Positions 1 to 8,915 of a DNA stretch of 20,250 bases are shown here, in pieces; the stretch's first letter is position 1, and each line of letters starts with the position of its first letter. Below the pieces are notes generated by a model. It saw only the letters and a list, made by a program, of their open reading frames with translations. It had not been told where the DNA came from and made no database searches. Where the stretch lies: the IMG/VR virus record IMGVR_UViG_3300030060_001926, positions 62,001 through 82,250 of that record. One strand, given 5' to 3'. The stretch comes from an uncultured virus (IMG/VR IMGVR_UViG_3300030060_001926). Taxonomy: Duplodnaviria > Heunggongvirae > Uroviricota > Caudoviricetes. The translations under genes and the position numbers were made by a program.

Positions 1-2741
1 AGTTCTTTAAGTATTTCTCTAGTTTTTTCAGAAAAGTTTTCTACTCTTACATCCTTAGAGTCAGAGTCAGCGATATCTTCTGCCACACTAGAAGCAAATT
101 CTTGTTGCAACTTTATTATTCTTCTAATTCTGTTATTACCAAATATTACACCCTTATCATCTTTTAAATCTGAGTTTAACAAAGCTATGATCTTATCAAG
201 CCGGTCCTGCTGTTCAATCAGTGTTTGTAATAAACTAGAAGTTCTTTCGTCATTTATATCAAGATCTGCCATAAGCGATGCAGTTTCTAAAGTTATTTTA
301 TCCTGCATTTTTTCTAAACGAACTCTTAGAGCAGATAGTCTTTTCTTTTCTGCAATTAGTTTTCTCTTTCTTTTTTCTGGAGGATCTTTTTCTAATTCTC
401 TGTCTACATCAGTTTCCTCTTTTGAAACCTTTTGTTTAAGGTCAGCTGCTCGTTGAGCAGTTCTAGCTTGTTTTTGTAATGGATCTAATCCCTGTCTTCG
501 TACAGGTTCATCAGCCTCAAGACCCGGCTCTTCAGACGTAGGAGGAACAGCAGGAGGATCTTCTACAGCATCCGTTGTATCCTCTGTTGTATCCTCCGTT
601 GTATCCTCTACAGGTGTTTCTGGATCTTTGGGTGCTACCCTTTGTTTCTTAGGCTTAGGCCCTATAAAGTCTTGTTCAATAGCATCTAGCTCTTTTTGAT
701 TTTCTTTAGTATCTTCGTTTGCTTTAATCTGCCTTTCGTTTGCCTTATTAATTCTTTTTGCCAGCAATTCACTAGCGACTTTAATTTTATCTTCAGTCGA
801 TGCACCCTCAAAGTTTTCGCCCATTTCTTTTTGGACTGCGTCCTGTAGATCTTGAGGGACAAGATCAAACTCAGTTCCTTCTTCTATAATTTTATCAATG
901 TATGCTTCATAAGTCATTCCCTCTGCCTTAGCCTTTTTACCAATCTCAATATGATGACTTACCCAACCTAGTATACTATCAAGACTTTGTGAATCTCCGT
1001 CATTAGCGTTCATAATTGCATTAGCATTTCTTTGTACAACTTCTTGTGCAATCTTAGCCATTAATAATTCTTGATCTATTTGTTCAGCCTCAAAAGCAAA
1101 AACTGATTGACCATCTTCTCCTCTAGTTTTTAACTCCCCGACAATTTCATTTATAGATTCAATAATTTGTAATTTAGATAGTCCTGAATTTTCGTACAAG
1201 CTATGAACAATAGCTGCAAGGATACCAGAAGGTTTCGTGGGATCGTTAGGATCAGTACCCTCTGGACTGTCTACGTCAATCTCTGTTCCTTCTAGGGTTA
1301 GATCTGAGATACCTTCTTTTGTTTTACCTAGAATTTCAATCAACTCTAACCTTGCAATTTGAGTTTCGGGATCAACCCAGCCCTTTGCTGTCTTAATAAA
1401 GTTTTTTATTCCTGCAACTTGGTTTTCTTTTAGAAGAAGATTACTGGTGATCTGAGTAGTTTGTAATCCTACTTGACCAATCCCTAGATATATTCCACCT
1501 ATAGCTGGATTGATTACAGGGGAGAATACAGATTCAATTAAGGATTCTTGTAACATTCCTTTTACAGACATACCGTCACTTGTACCGGCTCTATAAACTT
1601 GACGATACTGGTTAAAGGCTTCAGCATAAAGTCCGGATACTGCACCTTCTCCTACGTCAGCAAGTCTATTGGCTGTAATCCTAGCAAGCATTCCTCTTTC
1701 AGAGAACGACTTTACAGCGGGAATCTTTTGGATTAAAGTAGGCCCGATATTTTCTGGTAAGTATCTTTGAATCCTACTTAAGTTTTTCTGAAACTTAGCT
1801 ACCCATTGTGCAAACTTAACCCCTTGGTATCCTGTCTTTAAGAACTTAGCTACCAGAGTAATCTTAGCACCAAGTACAGCACCTGATCCAAAACTAACTG
1901 CACCTGCTGCTGCGCTAACACCCAAAGATTCTGCGAGGTCTGGGTCATTTAAGATACCTTGTACAACAAAGTTATAAGCATATTCTGCAGCAATCTCTGC
2001 TGCACTGGCTGTTTCGTACCATTTAGATACTGACTTCATGTAGCTAATCATTTGCATTTCGTCGTTTAAATTATAGAAAAATTCACTAGGAGTTTCTGCA
2101 TCTGCTACAAGATCTTTTAAGTTTTCTTCACTACCAAAAGTACTTAGGTATGCCCTATACATGGTCGGGTCTTTAATTTTTAATACTTCTAAAGCCTGAT
2201 CTGCATCCCATCCTTCTGGAGCATCCATGCCAATTAAATCATCTGGTGTTTCGTTGAAGTTTGTTAAGAGAGGCAGATCCCACATATCTACACCTGTCTT
2301 AGCTTCTTCGTCTACAAAACCGCTGCCAAGTTTTGCAAGATTCCATTTACTTTTTTCTGCGTAATATTTTAAAAGATCCACGTTTTGTTGAGTTAACTCA
2401 AGCATGGTTCCTTTATATTTTTCCCTATTATAAGTAGCTAACTGCATGTTAGCAGAATACTTATCTCGGAATTGGTTTCCGGAAAGGCCGCCGTAGTAGT
2501 CTCTACCCGACATATCTGCCATAGCTTCAGTAATATTAAATCGTCCCCTCATAACTTCCGAGCTGTCTAAGTCAACAAGAAATGTATCCGGCATATCTAA
2601 AGATAAATCACTTCGTCCTAATGTTTCAAAGCCCTTTAATAATCCAGACCATTCTCTAAGTCCTTCATTTTCTTCTTTGTAGTTTCTTAACTCAAAGGGC
2701 AAATCACTTGTAGCCCACTTGTTAATTCCTTGACTGGTCAT
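1..2741 (-). CDS. Very large internal virion protein (gp16-like by position and architecture), N-terminal 913 aa; continues beyond the left edge
   Basis: Absent from the ORF track because it has no stop codon in the window. The ATG at 2741 overlaps the previous stop (ATGA) and has an AAGGAG RBS. Manual translation (MTSQGINKWATSDLPFELRNY...) stays open to base 1. It contains Gly/Ala hydrophobic segments (NDPDLAESLGVSAAAGAVSFGSGAVLGAKITLVA; SVFSPVINPAIGGISRGIG), then an acidic Pro-rich linker and coiled coils. Confidence 0.75.
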   Translation of the reverse strand, partial: MTSQGINKWATSDLPFELRNYKEENEGLREWSGLLKGFETLGRSDLSLDMPDTFLVDLDSSEVMRGRFNITEAMADMSGRDYYGGLSGNQFRDKYSANMQLATYNREKYKGTMLELTQQNVDLLKYYAEKSKWNLAKLGSGFVDEEAKTGVDMWDLPLLTNFNETPDDLIGMDAPEGWDADQALEVLKIKDPTMYRAYLSTFGSEENLKDLVADAETPSEFFYNLNDEMQMISYMKSVSKWYETASAAEIAAEYAYNFVVQGILNDPDLAESLGVSAAAGAVSFGSGAVLGAKITLVAKFLKTGYQGVKFAQWVAKFQKNLSRIQRYLPENIGPTLIQKIPAVKSFSERGMLARITANRLADVGEGAVSGLYAEAFNQYRQVYRAGTSDGMSVKGMLQESLIESVFSPVINPAIGGIYLGIGQVGLQTTQITSNLLLKENQVAGIKNFIKTAKGWVDPETQIARLELIEILGKTKEGISDLTLEGTEIDVDSPEGTDPNDPTKPSGILAAIVHSLYENSGLSKLQIIESINEIVGELKTRGEDGQSVFAFEAEQIDQELLMAKIAQEVVQRNANAIMNANDGDSQSLDSILGWVSHHIEIGKKAKAEGMTYEAYIDKIIEEGTEFDLVPQDLQDAVQKEMGENFEGASTEDKIKVASELLAKRINKANERQIKANEDTKENQKELDAIEQDFIGPKPKKQRVAPKDPETPVEDTTEDTTEDTTDAVEDPPAVPPTSEEPGLEADEPVRRQGLDPLQKQARTAQRAADLKQKVSKEETDVDRELEKDPPEKRKRKLIAEKKRLSALRVRLEKMQDKITLETASLMADLDINDERTSSLLQTLIEQQDRLDKIIALLNSDLKDDKGVIFGNNRIRRIIKLQQEFASSVAEDIADSDSKDVRVENFSEKTREILKE
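571..609. repeat. In-frame 12-bp tandem repeat, 3 copies (encodes EDTT x3)
   Basis: TCCGTTGTATCC / TCTGTTGTATCC / TCCGTTGTATCC / TCT within the Pro/acidic linker of the gp16-like ORF. Confidence 0.9.
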
Positions 2742-5700
2742 TTGTGATCTTCTCCTTTGAATTTGATAAATGGAAAACTAGCTACTCTTTCTTTAATAGA
2801 CTTTCCTTTTGAGTCAACACCTTCTGGTGTATATCTTACTCGAAAAATGTGTTCGTCTCCAGTTCCTGTGTTAGTGTTTAATGATCCGGGTGTAGGGGAA
2901 TAAAACTCTACCTTTACACTAGGTATTGATTGTCTTATAGTTCTGTCATCAAGTAAACGTGAAACTGGATCTGTATCTGTAAAGTAGCCTATCATTTCAA
3001 ACATAAACATCGTAGGTATTTGCATAGCATAGTTTGCCCACCACTTTGGATTGCTCATTTCAGTAATATTATGTATCATTGGTGCTCGGTCCAATTCTTC
3101 TACGTATTGTGTTGATAAGACATCTTTAGTTAAACCAAAGAAAGAAGCGACTGTATTATCGCCTTGTGCCACTCTAAGCTTTTCTGTTTCTTCTAAGATA
3201 GCACCCATAATGCCAAGGTGAACAACGTGTAGAGGTGTACTATCTGGTGCATTCATAGCAGCTTCAATAGCTTTCTTTGCTATCTTATTATAAGTGTTTT
3301 CGTCAAGTCCCATTTGTACAGCTTGTGCTCGCATTAAGTCAACACTTGGGTTATTTTCTGCTATTAAGTATTGTGACTCTAGACTGCTTTGCATTGTTCC
3401 GCTAGGATTAAAAGGCATTCTGGCAAAAGTTTCATTCATTGCGGTATCATGAGTATTATCTAGTAAACTTTCAGGAACATCTACTAATTGAAGTTTTTCC
3501 ATAAAACCAGTATCAGCTGTTGGTGAAGCGTAAGAAAATACTCCGCCCCCGTCTTTAGCTATAGAGATTGAAGCTGCTGGGCTTATACCTTCTAAACCCT
3601 TATACATATATGCGCCAACGCTCAGTACCTCTTCAATACTTAAGGGAATTTGAGAAGTGTATGCTGCTCTGTTGTTTGTATATTGCCTAAGATTATCCCT
3701 TACAGTGTTATTTTGTAAGAACTCTCTAATTAACATGTAACTAAGCATTTCAGCTTGAGGGTCTTCTCCCATTGTCCACATCTCTCCGCCAACACTGTCA
3801 ACTCTAAAGAGACTATCTACAAAACGCTCTTTCATTTTTTCAAGAGTTTTTGAACTCATTCCTAACGTAGCAGCCATAGTGTTGTTAAGTTTAGTCCAAT
3901 CTTCAGCTTTAAATTCGGTAAACCTAGTAGCAGGAAACGCTGCTTGAAGAACGTGTCTAGCTTTATCTAAACCGTCAACATCTAATCCAGTTAAAGGAGA
4001 TTTAATTGATGTATTGAAACCGGGAGCATCTGTAACATCTCTTACTTCTCCCGGTACTCCTCCTCCGAAAATCCCAAAGAATTGGCTTCCTACTGTTTCA
4101 TCGTCAAAAGGATTCGGAAGAATAAAACTATCTAAAAATCTGTCGATATACAAGCTATCTATCGAGTTTCTTCGCGCAGGTGTTAAAGTAGTTTGAGCAC
4201 CTCCCGCTCTATTAGCCAAAGAAGAAAACATTGCCCGAGCCATTTGATTAGAATCTCGTTGCCATGCTGTTATTGTAGTAGTTTGTACTTGCTCGTTATT
4301 TGCTATTTGTTCTCTTGTTCTTGTATCTAGACTATAAAAATTAGCCATATTGCGTAACTGTTCATTGCCGCTTGCTTTTAATGCAAGTAAAACAGTTCTG
4401 TACGCTGCGTAATCGCCGTCCTGCCAACCCATAAAGTCTTTAATCTGCTTTGCTTTTTTATCTCCTGTATTACCTGAACTATAGAAAAATCCCAAAGTAG
4501 ATACAGCCTTAAAAGCTTTTCTAATTGTAGCTCTTCCTTGTTCGGTAGAAGCATCTAATTCTTCTGTACCTAAGATATCTAAACCTTCTTTTACTTGTTG
4601 ACCGAATCCTTTTAACATAGGACCAAGATCTGTAACATTAGTTTTTTCTGCATAGTCTAGCCAATATCCAAGTATACCGGGGATTACCATAGGGTTAGCT
4701 GTATTCCAATCAATCTCTAAACCAATCTGCCCACTGCCAATCTGTTTAATTCTAAAAACTTCGTCCACCATTCTTTTTCTTTGGGCTTGTTCTTCTGGGG
4801 TAACTTCTTCGGCAGGATCCGGAGGAAACATCATTTGTACCATTTGGTCTGAGTGATGCTTATGGCGTTCAAGTACATATTGATTCCAAGTATTTGTATC
4901 TCTGCCGCTCTTTGGCGGTTCAAAAAGACCTAAATCGGTTTGTTCCTTTTTAGTAGTTGCTGTTGAGCCATCGGAATTTCTTATCATTAGTTCAATTTCA
5001 TTTACTGTACCGTTAGTAGAGTTTCTTCCGCTCTGCATTCTTTTAAAGGCAGCCCTTCCATTGTTATACAGTTCAATAATAGCCAGCTTTCTATTGATTG
5101 TCATGTCAGGATCTGTATCATAGATAGCAGAGTATACTGCTTGTTGTACATCTTGATAAGAATTAATATCACTACTTACGTACTTTTTAAAACTATTGAT
5201 AGTAGCCAGCTCATATTTACCTCTGTCAGTAGTAAGCATTTGTGATCTTCTGTTAAATTTAATTAGTACGTTATCATTAAATGCTTTAAGACTTCGTTGC
5301 AAAGTTTCACCAAAAGATTCTCCTTCTAGTTGAGGAAGAACAACTCTTGCTTCTCTTAGAATATCTAAAGCTTCTTTATGTTGTGTTGTTACGTCAACTC
5401 CTCTAGATTCAAATCCTATAAGATCCATTAGTACATTCGTCAGGTTCATTAATTTGTTTCGTATTTTAGGAAGATTATCTTTATCTGTAATTTGAGAATC
5501 AACTTTTGCAGTCTTAAGAATTTGTGCAGTTTGTTCTTTAGATAATAACTCTTCTGTTTCAATGCCTTCTTTAATCTTTCTGTCATTTACTCTTTTTTGA
5601 GCAATAGCTATCATTTCCTTATCGCTAAAAGCTCCTGTATCGTATAAGACTTCTAAGACATCATAATCTGTTCCTTCAAGAGCAATACAGTGTCCCTCAA

Positions 5701-6742
5701 TGCCTTCAATACACTCTGCAAAAGTTCTTTCTACTTCTACATCGTAAGGAAACTCTTCTGCAGACTGAGAACCAGCAAAGGTTTTTCTAAAGTCTTCTAT
5801 AGATCTTCTTAAAAATTCACCTTCACCCATATTAACCCAGCCATCAAACCCTGCAAAAACGCCTCCATCAAAAGTACCGGGAGTAGAACTGTCTCTTTCC
5901 GCATCGGCAAAAGATTTAATGACACTTCCTACAATTGTGATAGGGGCTACGTCTGGATTCTCTCTTATTAGTCTGTTAACTTCCATGTTCATGCTACTAT
6001 ATTCTTCAGGATGTGAAGAGATTTCTTCTAAAATAAACTCCTCGTCTAAGTCTGTAATTCCAGTTTGGCTAGATGCTACCATGTCTGCCATGATTAGCCG
6101 GTAATCTTGATCCATCATGTCAGCTACAGCCTTACTTTGTTCTGGATCTAAGTAACCCAAGTCACTCCTAGATTTTGTAGCTAATGCCTTTGCTGTCCAG
6201 CCTTTAATTTTATTATGCCTTTCTTTAATTAACTCAGCTTCCGTTTCAGCTTCGTATTCTGCTTCTGCTGCTCTTTGTTGAGAAACAATAGTTTCAGAGG
6301 TTACTCCGTGAGAGCGAAGCCACCAAGGCATTTCTGGGCTTAGCTGCTGGTATCTTTGAGCAGGAGAGGAACCTAGCTTTGGTTGTGTATCGAATAATTC
6401 GCTCGTTTTATATAGGGGTGTCTTGTCAGGAAAGACATAAGGAATATCTAAATCCATAGGACCTAAGCTTGGAAGAGGGAAACCTGCTTCAGGATCTGAC
6501 GGAGTAAGGTTTAAAAATTCCTTTTGCATTTCGTACAGTTCTTCTAATTCTTTTTGTTCTTCTCTGCTTCTTCCAAAGTTATTAAACCTATAGAGTAATT
6601 CATCATCATCCATTTTATTCAATTGAGGGTAATAAATACTTTCATCGCCTTGTCCCGCTCTGTATCCTTTGTAAAGCTCGTTTCTTACTCTGTCTCTGTT
6701 AGGATCATAGCCTTCTGTAAATCCAGTAATGTTACTACTCAT
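2738..6742 (-). CDS. Large acidic alpha-helical protein, 1334 aa; probable ejection protein (gp15-like by position)
   Basis: The start is reassigned from the TTG at 6796 to the ATG at 6742 (MSSNITGF...), which is preceded by GGAGGA-TTGATTCA. It lies between the gp14-like and gp16-like genes. No enzymatic motif recognised. Confidence 0.65.
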   Translation of the reverse strand: MSSNITGFTEGYDPNRDRVRNELYKGYRAGQGDESIYYPQLNKMDDDELLYRFNNFGRSREEQKELEELYEMQKEFLNLTPSDPEAGFPLPSLGPMDLDIPYVFPDKTPLYKTSELFDTQPKLGSSPAQRYQQLSPEMPWWLRSHGVTSETIVSQQRAAEAEYEAETEAELIKERHNKIKGWTAKALATKSRSDLGYLDPEQSKAVADMMDQDYRLIMADMVASSQTGITDLDEEFILEEISSHPEEYSSMNMEVNRLIRENPDVAPITIVGSVIKSFADAERDSSTPGTFDGGVFAGFDGWVNMGEGEFLRRSIEDFRKTFAGSQSAEEFPYDVEVERTFAECIEGIEGHCIALEGTDYDVLEVLYDTGAFSDKEMIAIAQKRVNDRKIKEGIETEELLSKEQTAQILKTAKVDSQITDKDNLPKIRNKLMNLTNVLMDLIGFESRGVDVTTQHKEALDILREARVVLPQLEGESFGETLQRSLKAFNDNVLIKFNRRSQMLTTDRGKYELATINSFKKYVSSDINSYQDVQQAVYSAIYDTDPDMTINRKLAIIELYNNGRAAFKRMQSGRNSTNGTVNEIELMIRNSDGSTATTKKEQTDLGLFEPPKSGRDTNTWNQYVLERHKHHSDQMVQMMFPPDPAEEVTPEEQAQRKRMVDEVFRIKQIGSGQIGLEIDWNTANPMVIPGILGYWLDYAEKTNVTDLGPMLKGFGQQVKEGLDILGTEELDASTEQGRATIRKAFKAVSTLGFFYSSGNTGDKKAKQIKDFMGWQDGDYAAYRTVLLALKASGNEQLRNMANFYSLDTRTREQIANNEQVQTTTITAWQRDSNQMARAMFSSLANRAGGAQTTLTPARRNSIDSLYIDRFLDSFILPNPFDDETVGSQFFGIFGGGVPGEVRDVTDAPGFNTSIKSPLTGLDVDGLDKARHVLQAAFPATRFTEFKAEDWTKLNNTMAATLGMSSKTLEKMKERFVDSLFRVDSVGGEMWTMGEDPQAEMLSYMLIREFLQNNTVRDNLRQYTNNRAAYTSQIPLSIEEVLSVGAYMYKGLEGISPAASISIAKDGGGVFSYASPTADTGFMEKLQLVDVPESLLDNTHDTAMNETFARMPFNPSGTMQSSLESQYLIAENNPSVDLMRAQAVQMGLDENTYNKIAKKAIEAAMNAPDSTPLHVVHLGIMGAILEETEKLRVAQGDNTVASFFGLTKDVLSTQYVEELDRAPMIHNITEMSNPKWWANYAMQIPTMFMFEMIGYFTDTDPVSRLLDDRTIRQSIPSVKVEFYSPTPGSLNTNTGTGDEHIFRVRYTPEGVDSKGKSIKERVASFPFIKFKGEDHK

Positions 6743-6746
6743 TGAA

Positions 6747-7136
6747 TCAATCCTCCCCCCCAAAGAAACTACCTGCGCCGCCTTCTTGCCCGCCAATAGA
6801 ACCAGCTCCGAAATAACCGGTCTCTAGTAAACCTAACTGTGCGTCAGTAGCTCCCATAGCTTTTGCGTATTGTTGTTTAGCTAGCCGTAGTTCTTGTTGT
6901 CTTTTTCTTTGTTCTTTTGCTTTCCTTAAGTCTTCGAAATCCTCAATCATTTTATTCGCAGAATTCATAACAGAATTAATAGCCGAAAACATGTAAGCGG
7001 TGGCTGGATTGTTTGCGTTCCACGCTCCAAAGACCATGCCCTCTTCGTTAATCATCGCGGTACTAGTCTGAGGGGCTTCAGGCATTGACCCTTCAATTTG
7101 AATAGTCTGAGCGGCATAATTAGGAATACTTGCCAT
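6747..7136 (-). CDS. Hypothetical protein, 129 aa, with a coiled coil and Gly-rich tail; probable internal virion protein
   Basis: RBS GGAGG-TTAAACG-ATG and a 17-nt overlap with the upstream gene. Contains the helical segment EDLRKAKEQRKRQQELRLAKQQ. Confidence 0.72.
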   Translation of the reverse strand: MASIPNYAAQTIQIEGSMPEAPQTSTAMINEEGMVFGAWNANNPATAYMFSAINSVMNSANKMIEDFEDLRKAKEQRKRQQELRLAKQQYAKAMGATDAQLGLLETGYFGAGSIGGQEGGAGSFFGGED

Positions 7137-8127
7137 CGTTTAACCTCCGAGATAATTTACTAAGTAAGTCTTCGTATTGATTTTTATAATCTAAGAACAT
7201 ATCCTTAGTTGTGGAATACATTCCATTTTCATCGTTGTACTTGACGCTCTCTAGAATAGCAGTAGTTGCAGCCTTAGCTGGATCTCGTTCTTCTAATGAA
7301 CCGTCAATGATTACGTTAGATCTAAATTCTTTAGGGATTTCTCCCTTTTTAATTCTATTGAATAAAGCTTTTTTAGTTTTTCTTTCGATCATGTTTTGTT
7401 CTGATCTAGATTCTTTAAGCATAGGTTTGAACCTATCTTTAACAACACCCCTTAAATCATTTAAAGAAATAAACTCTTCTTCCATACTAAGCTCTGGGTT
7501 TTGTAAAGTATACACGGGAACTCTTTTGCCGTCAAGGGGGACTGACAAACGTCCTGATTCATCTGTTTCAATTTCCCCTCTGTAACCCATGTCATAAGCC
7601 TTGACCATTTCTTCTGAGTGAGCTTCGATACTAACATTAGGATCTAAAGAAAACTTTTTATTTCTTAACATATCTTTTATTTCCATAATCTGTGTCATTC
7701 TATTTCTTTCTAGTTCTTTCCCTGCGTTTGCCCCTCTAATATTAGTGAAGTATCCACCTAAGTTTTCTAATACGTATCCCGGCCAAGTTGCTGCGTTATC
7801 TCTAAAGTAATTTTCTTTGTCCTCCATTGTGGACATTCTATCAATAGTTTTCCTAATGTCTTTAGTAGTAAAGTCTTGGAACTCTTTTGATTCCATAGGA
7901 CTTATTTTTTCTAAAGTATCCCAGTAGTAGTCAGTGTTATTGGAGGTGAATCCCCAGTTAGAAAACTCTTTTAACCACTCACTTGTCATATCTTTGTTGT
8001 TTAAATTAGAATGAGTTAGTAACCAGTCTTCAGATTTATTAATTTGAGCTTGACCAAAGGTATCGCTCTTGTCTGGGGTTTCAGCATTTCCTGACCCTAC
8101 TATTTCTCTAAGTTTATCTATAGACAT
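7120..8127 (-). CDS. Hypothetical charged helical protein, 335 aa; probable internal virion protein
   Basis: The start is reassigned from the track's 8295 to the ATG at 8127 (MSIDKLREIV...). It is preceded by GGAGG-TTAAA and lies 1 nt after the gp14-like stop. Function is inferred from position only. Confidence 0.7.
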   Translation of the reverse strand: MSIDKLREIVGSGNAETPDKSDTFGQAQINKSEDWLLTHSNLNNKDMTSEWLKEFSNWGFTSNNTDYYWDTLEKISPMESKEFQDFTTKDIRKTIDRMSTMEDKENYFRDNAATWPGYVLENLGGYFTNIRGANAGKELERNRMTQIMEIKDMLRNKKFSLDPNVSIEAHSEEMVKAYDMGYRGEIETDESGRLSVPLDGKRVPVYTLQNPELSMEEEFISLNDLRGVVKDRFKPMLKESRSEQNMIERKTKKALFNRIKKGEIPKEFRSNVIIDGSLEERDPAKAATTAILESVKYNDENGMYSTTKDMFLDYKNQYEDLLSKLSRRLNDGKYS

Positions 8128-8128
8128 T

Positions 8129-8839
8129 TTAACCTCCCATAGGTGCAGGTGGACCCATGCCACCCGGACCAAATCCCATTGAAGCCCAAATAGCATTAGT
8201 TTGATCAGCCATACCACCCATTCGTTCGTTATGTGCTGCTTTCTGCGCCGCTGCGCCAGCAAAAGCCATGCCGCCTTGAAGAATACCTTGACCAATTGCC
8301 ATGTTCATAATATTACCAGACTGATCAGGCATTTGCATTCCGGGCATGTATTGAATTTGATCATTATACCCAAAGTTTCTTTTGCCTAATTCAGCTTGCT
8401 GCTGTCTTTCAGAAGATCTTAATTGATTTTCATAAGTTAATCTTTTGTTAACGCTTGCTTTTTTAGCTGACTCTAAAGATTGCCTCATTAGCTGTTTAGC
8501 AGTCTGACCTTTAATATTCTTGCCGTTCAAATAACCAAGGAGCCTATCATTGGTTGCGTTCATATTTCTACTAAACTCTCCGGTCTCATTATTATAATTC
8601 AACCTAAGATAGTAGTCTCTCTCAGCCCTTGACTTGTTTGCAGCTTGAGCAATGAATTTATTTTGCTGCCACTGTTGAGCATTCTTCTTAGCAATTTGCC
8701 GATTCTTCTTTTGAATCTGCATTTTCTGTTCAAACTCAGCCCAATCCTGCTGCTGTTTCTGAACTTTAGCATCATTACTAGCTTGCATTCCGCCCATAAT
8801 TGCAGAAGCAGCCATCATGCCGCCCATAATTAATGGCAT
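8129..8839 (-). CDS. Internal virion / ejection protein (T7 gp14-like), 236 aa
   Basis: Short hydrophobic Gly/Ala N-terminus (MPLIMGGMMAASAIMGGMQA), a long Gln/Ala-rich helical middle, and a second Gly/Ala hydrophobic segment (MAIGQGILQGGMAFAGAAA). This is typical gp14 architecture. RBS GAGGAGG. Confidence 0.7.
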   Translation of the reverse strand: MPLIMGGMMAASAIMGGMQASNDAKVQKQQQDWAEFEQKMQIQKKNRQIAKKNAQQWQQNKFIAQAANKSRAERDYYLRLNYNNETGEFSRNMNATNDRLLGYLNGKNIKGQTAKQLMRQSLESAKKASVNKRLTYENQLRSSERQQQAELGKRNFGYNDQIQYMPGMQMPDQSGNIMNMAIGQGILQGGMAFAGAAAQKAAHNERMGGMADQTNAIWASMGFGPGGMGPPAPMGG

Positions 8840-8915
8840 ATTAAACCTCCTCAGAGCCTTTGTAAGGCGTTGTAGTAATTTAGGTAGGTCACCCTGTAGA
8901 ATCCTTTAGGATGGC

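Noticed and set aside
571..609. Tandem repeat considered as a CRISPR array or iteron set
   Set aside because: It has 12-bp units with no spacers, sits in frame within a coding linker, and has only three copies.
8128..8295. 56-aa N-terminal extension of the 7120-8295 ORF as given in the track
   Set aside because: It overlaps the gp14-like gene. The ATG at 8127 has a strong GGAGG RBS and abuts the upstream stop.
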